The notes: generated by a model not told the origin, from the sequence alone. Positions 1-15,049 are shown, counted from the first letter of the stretch. The stretch: 64,000 nucleotides of DNA from Lingula anatina (GCA_051362555.1 CM120640.1:7936001-8000000), one strand, 5' to 3'. Made by a program: numbers and translations.

Positions 1-304
1 CTGATATTATTGTAGATTCTGATGTAGACGTGAAGTATTGAATGAGGTTTTATCATATGTAATACTGTTTAATGTTGAAATAAAGAGCAGTGTCATTCAC
101 TTTTTTATTACTCTCAAATCAGAAACATGTACAGAGTTGTCAGCAATGCAAATAACTTATTCAGAACTTACTTTGAAAATTTTGAATCAATATTGAAAAA
201 AGTGTGCTAACTCGAATACAAAGATTCCCTTGTACTGTGAGTTACGCTAGGTAGCCTTAATTTGTTGGGAATATTTTCTAAACTTTACATCTGTTTTTAT
301 CCAG

Positions 305-462
305 GTGAACGTTACATGCAGCCTATAATCCTGGAGGTGAACTTCACTCCAGACTGTTCACGTGTCTGCAAGCACTACCCAGACTTTTACAACGACATGT
401 TTGGAGTTGCATTTCTGGATGATGATGTGATTGGAAAACCACTGGTAGTTTTAACTTCATGA
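305..462 (+). CDS. TTLL12: Tubulin-tyrosine ligase-like 12, last coding exon (rest of gene lies upstream of the window)
   Basis: Acceptor ttttatccAG at 303-304. Translation MQPIILEVNFTPDCSRVCKHYPDFYNDMFGVAFLD matches the TTLL12 C-terminus (human [35 protein letters not shown]). TGA at 460-462, AATAAA at 715-720. Confidence 0.9.
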
Positions 463-2651
463 CTGTTTGGAAGATGTTGACAGAAATACGAGATGGGGCA
501 TGGTTAATATACTAATAATTTATGGTAACGGGACTAAAACTCTATAAAATATTTTCAGTTCACGAAATGTGCAATAGTGTTTAAAATGTTAAAATTTATT
601 TTACACGAGAAAATGTACATGAAAAAATAGTGAAACAGTATTTTTAAATTCAGGGCACTTTTTATAAGGTTTTAAATTGGTGTGCATTAAATGTCTAATC
701 ATGTTGTTAATGTTAATAAAAACATTTAGAACCATTTGATAGTTTTATATATTTTCTATTGATTCTTCAAAATATTATCACTGATATATTTAATCCAGTC
801 ACAAAAAATGAAAGTCACGAAAGGTAGTAAAAAGAATCCAGTAGATACGACTACAAATTTAACTGGGACGGGGTGCAACTGTTTCGTACAGGTGTCTTTC
901 TCATCAGAGAGATTGAAATGAGACAAAGTAGATCTGATATTTTGTCCCTCTTTTGCCCAGAGAACCTCACTGTGAGACCTTCATGCTCTTCATCAAAATG
1001 TTTTGAACCTTAAATTGTAAAATACAGGCTTTACAAGGGGCCTAATCATATGACCTTATTCGTATGGTGCAGGCGACACATACAGGCAATTTGTGAAGAA
1101 TAAAACAACCTGGTCTACAAAAATTAGCAAATTACCGCAGAAAGAAAGAAAGAAACATGGACTTAAATGAAGAAAAGGAATTTGCTTAGTCTTAGCCTCC
1201 CTGCTCTGATTATGTCAAATTTCTTCAGGCGTTCAATAGTTTTAGTTATAAAGTACTGGGAACTGGATGTCTACTTCATTGCCTTGGTCATTTATTACAA
1301 CGTTGGGAGAGCATTTACTTCATTAGGCAAGCGAAACGAGCGAGTGTTGGATGAAAGTTGGAACATTTAGCTAGAGGAAAATGAGCGGGATGTGAGTTTG
1401 GAATTGAACCGCGGTGCCAAGGGAAAGCCTGCGCTGCACGGTAGATTGGAAAGTGCTGTGCGTGCTCCATAAATCGCTACGATGGCATGTCTGTAACGAG
1501 GTCGATAGAATGGAAGATTTATCGCGAAAATCTGACACCAAGGCAAACCGTTTGAAAAGATTTAACAGTTTTTCTCCTCTTTGGCTTTGGCAACATGACT
1601 ATTCAGCATTCGATGAAGAAAACTTGTATCTCGTGCACTATTAATCTGTGACGCTTGTGCAAAGCTTTGAAATAACGGCACAAGATATGAGATGAGTCGG
1701 AGATTCGTATCCTGGTCCTCGTTTCTTCATTTTATTTTTTGATTCTGTTTGTACACAAACGCAACTATGAGCTTCTTATGCCCATTATTGCAGGCCATTA
1801 GTATTTTTTTCTGTTTTATTAAATCAATACATCAAAAACTTTGAATCACCAGGCAAGATTTGTTCAAATCAATACCTTAAGTTATAACGGATAAAAAAAA
1901 AATTATTTTTGGCATCGGAATAAAAAGGTCATCTATCTTTGAGAGGAGACGAAGAAGATCAATGAAGCGCCTTGAAGAACAATATATATATATATATATG
2001 AGATGTGCCACACCTTTTATTATTCTATGAAACTGGCGCTCAATATAATTCTAAATACGTATATATTTTTGCATATTTTCATTTAATATATCTAATCATT
2101 TTCCTTCAAGACGTCTTCTATTTCAAATTGATCCTCTTTGGCCGGTACATTTGATTAATTTGTTTGTAAAAACTGGGTCGGATCATTTTAATACTGATAA
2201 TTCGCCAAAGCAAAGTGGAAACTACCAAACTGCTGAGACCCACCGGTAGGCATTTTTGCGCCTACACATTTATAGGAATAATAATATCATTATCTCAACC
2301 TGTGAACTGAGCATAACGAATAGAAGAAATATGCGCGATGTGTTCAAATCAAAGGTCAAGCTTTTGCTATTTCTCCTGTAGCGCAGTGAATAACCCTACC
2401 TTTACTATTAGTATTAGCAGTAGATTGAAACCAAACCCAAAAAGTGCAGTCTTTCGTAGGAAATTAGATTAAAGGGAAGTTCATCAGTTTGTTCTTCGTA
2501 TTCTCAAAGATGGTGCATCGACCGCATCTGCATGTTTTTAAATATCAAGCGAAACGATGTAGATGTATGCTACCCTTGCTCGCTGTCACTTCTAGTCTGG
2601 CTTATATATGGGTGATCTACTGAAAGAGTTCTCATTCATCCAGGTAATTCG

Positions 2652-2799
2652 ATGGACTGGCTAGCTGCTTCCAGTGGGAACTCCGGGGAAGCGTCTCCCA
2701 GAAGTTCAACACTTAAGAGAAAGAAATCCGCAGTTCAAGACGCCCGGCTATTAGTTTTAGGCCCATCTGCGGTAGGCAAAAGTGGTAAGAATGTGATGC

Positions 2800-2850
<51 letters not shown>

Positions 2851-5800
2851 CTTTGGGGCTACATTTTTGAAAACACTGGATAAATCTTTATTTCACATCT
2901 CTATATCGATAATTTCTTATTTCAAAGCTGTTGGAATGAAGCCTTTTTTTGCAAGTAATGTCTATTTCGTTGCGTTATACTTAAACACACAATGAGCAAG
3001 TCATGAGATATTCTAATTGGAATTCTAGTTAAAATTCATATCTCTAGGATTCCTACTTTGGTAGTCAGTTTGCCAAAGCACAAATTGACAAAATGCGGCA
3101 ATTTCAGTGGGCAGTCTTATTTAAATTGTTCAAGATTGAATCTAAAAAAAAATTATACATGTATATGCTGAATATGTTCTTGCACAAATCTGAAATTCAT
3201 ATATTTGATGTCGTACTCAAATCATAAGTAGTCGATATCAATGTGGTAAAACAAGATACGGAACTTTTGAAGTCACTAACATGTTTCAAATTTTCTGTTT
3301 AACTGGCTGTGATAATTTAGGAGTGGGGTAACAGGACATCAAAAACGTGCCTTTTTACCGTGTTAATTACACGCATCTGTTTAAAATTTTCACTTAAGTC
3401 ACACTCTGTTACAGTATGCTTCAGTTAAGCTCAAATAAACGTGTTTACTCAAATATACACCTTGCGTGCGGTGAATTGGCCTGGACTGATTTTCCTGTTT
3501 AGACACTTTGGATATAAACTAAAGACTTCAAAGAGTTCTGCAATGTGGAACTAATGATGTGAAGCAACATAATCACATGGTTCCTTTCTCTGGTGTTCAT
3601 TACTTTTACATCATTGAAATAACAACAAATCAAAGAAATTCTACATGAAGATTATACAGTTTTATTGTAACCCCCGCCCCCCCCCCTCTCTCTCTCTCTG
3701 TTATCCAGTCCTGCTGAGAAAGTTCATATGATGTGTACAGGTAGCGCGTGATGGAAAGTAACATTTGTCAGAATTAAAATGAACAGAAAAGAGCTACGTT
3801 TCCAATGTGGGGGCCAGCATACCTACAAGATCATCGAAATATCTGTTCGAGATTTTCATACTTCGTGAGTTTCGGGGATCGATCCGTTAAGTGTTTTGCA
3901 AAGTGTCTGTGGAAATATGATCAATCACACAGTCAGACGCGCACGCACTTCTGTCCCCTTCGCGCGCTCATACGTGCATACACACAGAAAGGAATGACGC
4001 TAATGAGAAGAATAAATTATACGGTAATACGATGAGATATTCTTTCCCATTTTGACACCCTATGATAATTGGAACTGAAACATATTAAAGAAGTCCAGTA
4101 CATAGGAGTAAGCAATAAAGTTGAGCTCGACTTAAATGTGCAGTCTAAATGCAATGTGTCATCCATGATATCGAGAAGAGAGCCCCCCCCCCCCTCAAAT
4201 ATATCTTTATCTTTACAATAAAAAATAGGAGTACAAGGAGTTGTTAGCCACCCAAAAAGAAACAAACCTCTTTTTTGGCTTAATCTAGTCCGGCTACCGT
4301 GTTTTTAAAGTTTGCCCGACCTTTTGAGTTCAACTGAACATAATCTAATTGTAGGCCATTCAAACATTGGTCTTGTTAGTGAAATTAATTTCTCGACAAA
4401 GGCTCCCAGCAATCATACCGCCATATGTCAATTCAGATCCATTCTATACTATTGTAGTTAGAATCGGTAAATGACAGGTTCTGGTGATGGCGTAAAATGA
4501 AAATGGTGTACCCGTGATAAATGTGCCAACAGATGCGAAGCTTTTCAGAAACTTCCCAGGTGTATCTTGTATGGAGCCCAAAATAAATGTTATTATGACA
4601 GATGCTTTGCCTTGCGATGAAAGTTTGTTGAAAAATATAGACGGATGTACGCAAACTTGTTAAGTATATTACTGATATTTTCATACTCGTTTCCGGAGTG
4701 AAAATGGAGCCAATCGATTTGTAATGACTCTCTTTCATGCAAGTTGTCTCTTTCATGCAAGTACACACCGCTACTCACCGCAGAATTTTAATAGGCACAC
4801 ACTCTTTCTTTCTTATCTACCTTTCCTTTTCTTTCTTTATCCCCCTCTTATCAATCCATCTATCCTTCTCTATCAAAGTTGCACGAAACGAACTTGAGTT
4901 AATGAATACATGCGCATATGCTGTGTACCACTTTTTACCTTCTTGTATATCGGATGTATCCTTACTGTGAACGCTCTGGTTCCAATCACAGTTAATATTG
5001 ATAAGCACTAAAATGCCCAAAACACACTTAGGAAGATGTCTGTTCATATAATGTAGAAATTGGCATAATGAAGAAACCACATTTTGTTCAAGCAAGGAGA
5101 TATTATAAGTAACACAACTGGCCAGTTTTTTTACCGGTCTGTTTTAAGTATACGGTATGTTGAGTTCACCTATCAGTCATCTCATTTTCTAATAAACTGA
5201 ATCCCATCCTAAAAACACAGTGTGACGCGGTATAGGGGCTTTGCTCACAAGTGAATTTCTTATATTTTAGGGAGAAGGAGGGCGTATACATTACAATAAT
5301 TTCATGATAAATAGCATAATGCTATATATAATACACGTTTCTGATTATCCTGTAGCTGTGATCGTTCCAATGGAGGCAGCTCATACATGAGAACAGCAGG
5401 CATCTCGTAGCCTGTCAGCTATAAAAATGAATCTCCTTGTGGGTTTCGCGTGAATACGTTACTACATGTATATTTTTATGTGGATAATTGTTGCAGAATC
5501 ACGTTGTGATACATATATTATTATAGTTTTTTTTTTTTACTTTTTGTTTCAGCTGTCGTTGTTAGATTCTTAACAAAAAGATTTATTGGGGAGTACGACC
5601 ACTCCTCAGGTAAGTGAACTTTTGCTATTGGCATATGCCTATTAACAGATAGCAAAGCGGAAGAACAAAACAAACATAAAAGAAAGAGAGAAAATTCAGG
5701 AGATTTATATTCAAATATCTGAAGCGTTAAATTTTTGTTCGGATCTAAGAGAGAGATTTTTCATTGGAGAAGATCTACGCTTTACAATATCAACGCACAA

Positions 5801-7166
5801 AAATTATAAGGGCTTGGATGAGATAAAAGTAAAGAAACATGTTGAATGCGATAGCTGCGATATTTAAGTGCGTTCTTCGTTAGTCCGTAAGGATTGATTT
5901 AATGTTGAAAACGATTTCTTTTCCTCAACCTTATACTTTCTACAAAACATAAACAAGAATTTTTATAATGTTTTATATCTTTTTATAAATAATATACCAT
6001 GATAGTCCTGAGACCATCCTAACTAACGATATGACTTATTTCTGCCTTATTTCTAAAGCCATTATCAAAGGCGTTTTTTAAGGTCCACCTTTGACAATAG
6101 TATTTCAGTCGACCATTTTGAATACCTGAGAAATTTCAATTGAAAAAGACATTAAACTTGGTTATCTACGTATTAGGAGTGTAACAATCTTGTACACAAA
6201 TGGCAGATTATACATGTATTTCCCGTTTGAAAAAACATCAGCTTTTTGTGCCTGAAACAGAAAGCTAGGCCATTCGTAGGTGCTTTTCGTCTATTCGTCA
6301 ATCAGGATTCGTTTTGAAAATTTTCTTTTCAGAAATCAAATATAAGCACACAGTGGTAATTGACCAAGAGAATGTTGTATTTGAAATTCTAGACAGCTGT
6401 TCCTCCGAAAAGGTAGGCCCTCCTTTAATTTTTATCAAGTTACTTCTGTCGGTTTGTTTTATACACGCCGTTTGATGTTAAGTAATACTATGATCAGAAT
6501 TAGACATATTGCGCTATATGCACTTTAAGAGTATCATCACTCAAAGGATTTTTTCAACTTAGATTACTGAAGATACGTTTGAAGAACATATGAAATGGGC
6601 GGATGGAATAGTCCTTTTGTATGCCATCACAAGCTTCAAAACATTTGAACTTGTTAAAAAGTTGTCAAAAAGACTTCAAGAACACCGCAGAAGTAACTAC
6701 ATGACGCCTATGATATTACTTGGAAATAAACGGGATATGTCTCATGTAAGACAGGTGACTAAGATTCAAGGTACGTTAAAGGAGAAAACACATTGTTTAT
6801 ATTTTAATTATATTATAACCACTGATTAAAGAAAATTAGATGAGTGAATATCGTCGATTTTACAGAATCAAATGTCTTAATCACTGGAGTCTGTCACAAA
6901 CGATTTTGACCTTTTAATCCACGTCCAGGGTTCATGGCGTTTTAATCAAATTTCTTTAACCTTTCTACCTTCTGATTTCTTCTACAGGTGAACATCTATC
7001 ACACGAGCTTAACTGCCTGTTTGCCGAGGTGTCCGCCTCGGAGGACGCCACGGAAATTGCCGATGCATTCCTTAATCTTTACCGAGAAATTCAGAACTCT
7101 AAAAGGAGATCTAGGACTTTCTTAGATAAGGTGTTTGGCTCACTAGGCACAAAGTCGAAAAATTAA
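2652..7166 (+). CDS. RERG/RASL-like Ras-family small GTPase, 218 aa, 5 exons
   Basis: Exons 2652-2784, 5553-5609, 6333-6412, 6563-6770, 6988-7166; all GT-AG and phase-consistent (657 nt). P-loop GPSAVGKS, RERG-type VRFLTKRFIGEYD, KWADG, G4 NKRD, G5 EVSAS. No CAAX box. Confidence 0.88.
2801..2847. repeat. (CT)n microsatellite in intron 1 of the RERG-like gene
   Basis: Perfect TC dinucleotide run. Confidence 0.95.
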
Positions 7167-9348
7167 GGATATCTTTATATCATATCTACAATTTCGCTTC
7201 ATCCCTTGACGCTTCGACTCGCCAGCAAAACATTGAAACAGACGAGATAACTTGTCTATGTAAAACCTCAGGTGGATCGAAATAGGCGCATAATGCGAGG
7301 ACAAAATTGGCAAAATATACTTACACTATTTTACAAAAAAAAGGGAAAAAGTAATTGTTATTTTCTTCTTTTGGTGGAAGAGTTAAATTACCAAAGAATA
7401 GTGACAATGGTTTAAACAATATTCTGATAAATTGTTTAAAACTGTAGATTGTTTATTTGTAAAATAAGTCGTAGCTGCCTATAAGACTGTGAAAATGTCT
7501 TAAAACTGTGCAATATCAGACTTTATAATAAACCTACAAATCAATTAATTAATGATTATTAAAGATTTGTGGAATGTATGTTTTGTTAGCACAAAGTATA
7601 TACACAGAGAATATTCATACATACGACGTGCATAAGAAATCAGTACCACTATTTGAAAACGTACATGTTGATAAATATTTACAACACACATTTATAACAG
7701 AATCCCAATAACATCTCAACAACTATATCTCACTTTCTCTCGATTTTAATGCATATTGATATTTTTCTCATTATAATTGTTACTTTGGTGTCTTTACATC
7801 TAAAACGATTTCTTAGTTACGCTGGTATAAAGGTTGGCGTCACTGATCCACCTTGGCTCTCCTCCAGCTATATGTATTGTGGTAGTTTTACATGCTTTCA
7901 CTGAACTGAACTGGATAATACAAGTGTAATTTCCATTTATGTGTGCATATGCTCACGTAGCATATGTACATGTAAATAGTACGTGTAGGTAGACATATAC
8001 GTGACACACACACGTAATTTTGTATTTTTATTTTGCTTAATTTATATGTATAAATGAGTATTCGTTGTGTTCAGAATCTCTCCCACATTCAGGGAGGCTT
8101 AGATTACACTGATAGGAGGCAAATTTTGGATAACCATTCCGATAAGGGGATCTGACGATTCATTTCAGTATTTATTTTGACGTCGCACAAGGAAAATACA
8201 AAACAAAAGAATGACCAGTTCATAATTTATTTTCTTTCTCCTCTCTACAACTCCGTCTCCACTACTGTCAAAAACCAGCCACTTTCAATACACAAAATAA
8301 TGGACCAGCCATGCAACTCGATCTTGCAGGATTTACAAAATTGATAATTACAAAGGTAAATCCTAAATATGAATTAGAGAAGAGTGGGTAAAATTTACTG
8401 AAGGTATTAGAAACATTTAATTAATATGTAGAATTACATCACTTAGGCCCTTTAAACACTGTAATAAAATGAAATCATAGGGAGGAGGTACGCTTTGTGC
8501 AGTGACTCTGGCAGATGGTGCATGCCAAGGATATACACATCTGATTTTTTTCCGATATATTACATTTTTTTCATTATTAGAGCTGTTGGAATATGGGAAG
8601 TGTTTATTGCACTGTGTAAACGACACAACCTAGGTCAATTTTGGGAACACTTGTTATCTATTGCCCCAATGCCACAAATGAACTACAATGGATATACAAC
8701 ATGTGGTTCAAAGCTAGTGTCTAACCTTTTTTGCCAGTCTTTGCAGCTGTTTGATTCTACGTTCACGCATGCCACATGCATTCCACCAGTCAGGCACCTA
8801 GACTAAAGCTTGTCAGGAAAACTGAATTCTTTGGAGAAAAATTGATGCTGTTAGTTCTGCAGGTTGGTCCCATGTCATTACCATTTAATGTGACCTCAAT
8901 TTCATCAACGTTGGTAGAAGAAGAGGCAACTTCTATGCGGATCCATCGCTGCAGAACTGCAGTTGTCTACTTTACATTTCTAACCAGAATATGAAACATA
9001 AGAACTCTAGCTAATTGCCATAGAGCAAGACGATTGATAAAACATTTGAGTACAGGCTGGTAAAATAATCAAATATTTACAAGATATTTATATGTACAGA
9101 TAACATTCATCCCATTCAAATGAAACAGCCAATTTTGTTTCCTTTTGCCAAATCTTAATATTGAAATTAAAAGCAAGATCCATATATTACAAGTCTTAAT
9201 ATTCAAGTACAAAGCTCCATATATTACCCTTTTTGTTTCACAACTGACAGCAGAGTATCTTCACTAGAATATATCTTAACATTACACTGCTTTGCAAATA
9301 ACTATGTACACAATTGGCTATTACATAGTGCATGTGAAACCAATGAAG

Positions 9349-11408
9349 TCAACTTTTTAAAGCCTGCAGTCTGGCTTGCATATCTGAAATGTCTTCTTCC
9401 TCCTCCTCCTCTTCTTCCACCTCTGGTGTAGGTAATGTGTCACTAACAGCTGCTGGAGCTTTGCCCAACTCACCTAAAAATTATTAGAAGATAATTGTTG
9501 TTATCACTACTCAGACCCATAAAACTATTCAAAACTGATGCATGATAAAACAATGTTTTATATAATTTAGTTAAAATATCCACAACTATGAAAGAGTTGA
9601 TAAATATAATGTAAGGAGAAATACTGGTTTTTCATATGGATTTCTACTTTTGGTAAACATGACTATTCAACTTTAAAAGTATATGTTTCTTACAGAAAAA
9701 GAATAAAAAAATGAAAAGAGACGCAAAAGTATTCTACTAAATACATGAATCTATCCAAGTTGTTTGGACATTACCCACCTGATGTGAGTTCAAACAAAAC
9801 CTTTTCAACTTCTTCTTCTGCTTCTTCCTCCAGATCATCACTTTCTAATGATTCAAATGTATCATCTAACATTTCTTCTAGAATGCCAGCCTGAATGACC
9901 AAAATTACTTACAAATTCATAGTTGCAAAAGGTTAGAACTTGGGACGTTGTATAAATTGAGTCTATGGCTTGCAATCCATTCTTATGTTAATAATAATTT
10001 TTTAAAAACTGCACTGCACAAACATTTCAGCACTGCTTACAAATATTTTGTACAAAACTTAGAACTGTTTTGGCTTATCCAAACCAATAATTAGAGCTTT
10101 AGAGCTAAAAGATATATGCACAGGTCTCCCTGCTGGCATCCTTTCCAAATGGATTCGATCTATATTATATTCAAGTAAGAATATTAAATTCAAGTAAGAA
10201 GTGTTCGTATTTAATCTGATTGTCTACATATTTTTTACATACTTATATCTTACCTTCATCATTTCTTTTGACATGGCCATCATAGTTGCCTGTATTTCAG
10301 GTAACTTTACAAGCTGCTGCATACTATTCATCACCTCTGTGCTCTTTTCTAGGGCACCTGTCAGGCGTACAGTGGCTAAAATATAAGAAGGCACAGTAAT
10401 TAAAAGTAACAACTTGCATCAAGATTTTTGTCTTTATTTAATTAAATTGCTTACTGAAACACATCATTCAAAGTAAAGAAGCTGATCGTCACAGTAAAAT
10501 ACTGATAAAATATATAATCTAAATGTTATAATTTCAAATACCTGACAGCTTAAGTCAACTTATAGTTGGGCAATGTCAATCTAAAATGCATCAAGCCTTC
10601 ATTTGACAGAAACTTAAAAGATGGTAAATGTTAAGTACATTTTTCATTAACTGCATTAACATTTTATTCTGTTTTATTAACTTTTTTGCACCTTGTGTTG
10701 ACCTGTTCATGAAATTGCCCATTTACACAATGGCATTATGATCCTTAATACCTTCTTGGTTCTTCATGCTCATCATAACAGAGTTCATCTGGGCCTTAGC
10801 TGCATACATTCTGCTTATTGCTTTTCTTGACCTTATGATTTCTTTTGCTAGGATGTTACACACGTCTTTTTGTCCCTTTTTGGCTGCATCCTTTAAGGAT
10901 CTTTTCACTTTTTCTTCCTCTCTCTGAATACCTAAATTATGAAAATTGAATATAATGTTTATTTCTTTTTCACTGAAACGTCTTTTTGATTAAATGACAA
11001 CGGTGAAACCAGTCCAGTGTCAAAATTTTCTTGAAACTCCAATGCAAGTAAACAGTCCAGTCTGACTTAACAGTGAACAACAGCATGCATAGTCACTTTA
11101 CTACTCTAGAAGTTTACATCAACATTAAGTGGAAAGTGGAGATTTATGAGAAACAAAGCGATCTTATTTTTACTCTACCTCTGATCTGTCTATCGATATT
11201 GTATCCCTCCTTTCTAAGCTTTGATGACCATTCTTTCACCTAAAATTATTGCAAAAATAAAATGCCTGCGTTTAATTTTCAAATACGTCAAGACTGTATT
11301 GAAAAGGCCACAACCAAGAATAAATATAGCATTTATACCGGCAGCACAACGAATCTAACTTACCATATCTTTGGGTGATTTCTCTGGAGTTTTCCCAAAC
11401 AAACCCAT
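9349..11408 (-). CDS. CHMP3: Charged multivesicular body protein 3 (VPS24, ESCRT-III), 214 aa, 6 exons
   Basis: Exons 11408-11364, 11239-11179, 10931-10752, 10375-10254, 9890-9779, 9473-9349 (645 nt). Translation MGLFGKTPEKSPKDMVKEWSSKLRKE...KDAAKKGQKDVC...LEKSTEVM...MSKEMMKAGILEEM...MQARLQALKS, with a C-terminal MIM1-like helix. Confidence 0.96.
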
Positions 11409-11608
11409 CGTTCTTGTTTCCTTTTTCAGGAACGAGGCTTAGGAAAATAGATTATAGGGGGCGCAAGGAGAACAAGATAACCCACTTCCAATGCATTGGA
11501 AAGAAGTCAATAATGGCATAATCAATTTCGTGTCTCTGTCATTCAAAATATTTTTTTACACATTGAAGTTAATTTTTTATATCTTCCAGTAAACTTATAA
11601 TAAAAACG

Positions 11609-11660
11609 TTTATTTATTTATTTATTTATTTATTTAGTTAGTTAGTTAGTTAGTTAGTTA
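11609..11660. repeat. Compound (TTTA)n(TTAG)n microsatellite
   Basis: Visible tetranucleotide runs upstream of CHMP3. Confidence 0.9.
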
Positions 11661-13658
11661 TTGTGTACCCTATAAAACACAAATGCACAGGCACAACAGA
11701 TGCTGCTCTTTCTTTGACACGTGTACTAAATGTCCTAAACGACAGGGCAGTAATCGAAGCAATTTTACAGTTTAGTGATTTCCCTCTTCTCCGGTGGAAA
11801 GGCAGTGACCGAGTTTCTGTCGCAGAGTCACTTACAAATTTATAATAGGCCTATGTAATTTCGAGATCATGGTCTGAAAACACGATTTGATACACCCTTT
11901 TATACAATAAATATGCTGAGTCTGAGAGATGGTTAGGTCCCATTGTTGAATAAAAGCGGAGGTCGCATTTGCACAAGCTATCTGTAAAAATCTGCAAAAA
12001 TTACCAACCTGTAAATTTTAATTGTGCAATATTTTGAAGGGCAGCACTGTGCACTGCGCAGTCAACTGAATCATCTCTTGGCGTAGTCTGTTATGAACTT
12101 GGATCCATTCAGGGTTAGAATTAATTAAACTATATTCCCATGTCTCTTAAGTCCATTTCACCCCTTCAAAGATCAAACGTAAAATGGGAATGAAATTGAA
12201 ACGAAATGAAATAGGCCCCTACTGCTATTAAATTGACATTTTCTTACAAAACCGGCGGATCGTTCAAACCCCATCAAACACATCCCCCCTCCCTCGTCCT
12301 AGCCCTGACTATCAGGACTATGAGCGCATTATAAATTGTCTTTCTCTCATTGTCAAGGAGTTGAGAACCACGCTCTCCACTAGGCACATCCCAACACAAT
12401 GGACCGTCCGTGCTGAGCCGTGTTTACCTTAGCCATTGCATACCTATTAACCTTAGTTTATTCTAATATTTGTTCATATTTTATCCCACGTACCACATCT
12501 ACAGAGCTTAGCGTCAAGGATTATCAAATATTTTATCTGGATTTAGCTGTATAAAGTGACATATTGACTTATAGACCGTTTGAACAGAGACTGCGCAAAC
12601 AGAGGGACAATCCGACGTAAGCTAGTATGCGGCATCATTATCAAAGTTTTGTCAGCAAGTCAGGTCAACGTGCGGTGAAGGAGACTCTGCTTTATGAGGT
12701 GGGTTTTAAAACAATATTTAGCAATTATCTTTGAAACCTCTTATCAGTTTTAAAAGAGTGTTAACGTCGTTAGCTTAAGATCTAATTAGGTAGTTCTACT
12801 CAATTTGCCATACATGATTTAATCTCATTAATGCCTCATGTCTTATCTATCCGTCAAACGTGGCGATTTTTTTTTTACAAAATTGACCATACTTTACTTA
12901 ATATTGGTAACCTAATTGGGACTCTGTTACAATTTCAAGGGATCCATTTTCAAAGCTGAAACAATCTCGGTAATATATCTGGGTCACAGTATCTGTATCA
13001 GACCTGACGTTTTTAGGTGAACTCTATGGATAATGTCGAAGTTCGGCATTGAATGCGGCTGTCTATGACCATTCAATTCTTTTTAAAGAGAATATTTGAA
13101 AATTTTCAGATTGCTATTTCTAAATATTATTGAGTCAGGAAATCTTAGAAAGGCAAGTAGATCCCGTTCTCTTATTTACTGCCTTTACTGTACTCGTATG
13201 TGGCATCTGCAGCTTTTTCACGTAAATTCTGAGAATTCACTTGTGCAGCGAGGTATACATCAAGTTGCTGTTGTGTTTAAGTAGATGGTGTATTATCAAA
13301 AGCATAAGCCTGTCTAAAATGTGAAATGTGAAACGCGCAGTAATTGAAACCAAGCGTGCACCCTACTTAAATATGATTAACTGAGGTTGAGATGTTGATG
13401 CTAATGCTCAGTTGCTGCTTAAGTTTTCCATATATACTGCAGTTGTCAGACAGATTGAGGTCAAACAAAATACTTTGGATATACAGTGCAAGCCGAGGTC
13501 TAGCGCAATGTATGTTCTATAGACGTACTAAACCAGGGATTCAGGTATTTGTTGAACTGGATTTATATGCATTTTATAACTCCAGAGCGTATTTCGCAAA
13601 TGAGTCATTGTTAAAAGGTTGACTGTTTGATATCAAGAGCCTGATCGCTTTACTAGAA

Positions 13659-13672
13659 TCTCTCTCTCTCTC

Positions 13673-13704
<32 letters not shown>
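13659..13704. repeat. (CT)n microsatellite
   Basis: TC run with one interruption. Confidence 0.9.
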
Positions 13705-13705
<1 letters not shown>

Positions 13706-15049
13706 GCTGTATGCTTTATTGAATCAGTGAGCTACTGTATATGTTGCCGATACCACCGAATCACAATACCTTCTAAATGTACGATTGTTGCTTTCTTTTT
13801 ATGATTCACTCTATGGGTTAGTATTACCAAGGAATTAAGCGTTGTCTTTCCAGCCGTCTTTTCAGCTGTCCGCAGTACAGTCATTGTACAGAGTACGGGT
13901 ATGTCCAGACTATCCTAGAAAGCTCTGTCTATTATTCTAGGCAGGTTCTGCAGCACAACTAAGAATTTAAGGATTCGTGTATGAAAGTGCACCCTGTACC
14001 TACAGTTAACCCTGACACTTTCCTCTATACATGCACCAGCATAGGGTTGCCGTTACTTTAAAACAAGGGCACTGGAATTCAGGGTGAGGACAAATATCCC
14101 ACGTAAACCCCCTTTTCCATTACTGATAAGTAAATTTGATATATTACATGTATCTACTATGTGTTTAAACTGCTATATGATATAGACTGTTTATTCAGTT
14201 TAATATAGTCTACGACATTACTGTCGCTCAGAATGTGCCTTACCGGTATACCTATGCATGCAGTCAGGTGGTTCAGTCTTGACTGAAACAGCAAAGCAGG
14301 AGAATATAATTTGATGAATATACCTAACTCTTCCCTAGGGTGATTTATCCCTATTCTGAAATGCGAGTAAGGTTCTTTCAAAATGATGACTGAGATGGAG
14401 TGGCCTAGAATTGCTGCTTTTGGTGCTAACACTGCGGTTGGAGAGGGAAGAAGATTCGCTTTCTATTCCTAAACAGCTAAAAGATTAAACTGAACAGTAT
14501 AAATACTAGTACTGCTGCCTTGATGCTTTCTGTAGCGGCATGGCAATTTTACGTACATTAGGACAATTCAACCTACTTTGATGGGTCATACCATGAAATA
14601 TCTTTTAAATGAAGAGCTTCAATTATTTCAGCCCCTGATATAGGCCATCTAATGAAACCCTGTGAGATGTGTAGTCTTAGTGACCTCAAATGCCTTTTAT
14701 AATTATTGAAATACACAAATAGTTTCTTTACTATTATGGGTAACGTCATAGGCCTGTACTCTATGCATGATAGGCCAACAACAAAAATATCTTAACAAAC
14801 TGAAAAGATAATACATCATATAAAACACATCGACCATCGAAATCACGTGCATCCAAGTATTTCCTGGTAACATTCATGGTATTTTATCTTTTTTCAGGTG
14901 ATTAAAGCAGAGCAGCCCGCGTTTCCAGGTTCACATATGTCGATGATTGCGCAGACATGTGACTAAACCATTGGTGTAGACGGTGACGTTCCAGTGCTCG
15001 TTCTGAAACGCAGAACGGACCTTTTTTCAATAATTTCGCCTTAGTTTAT

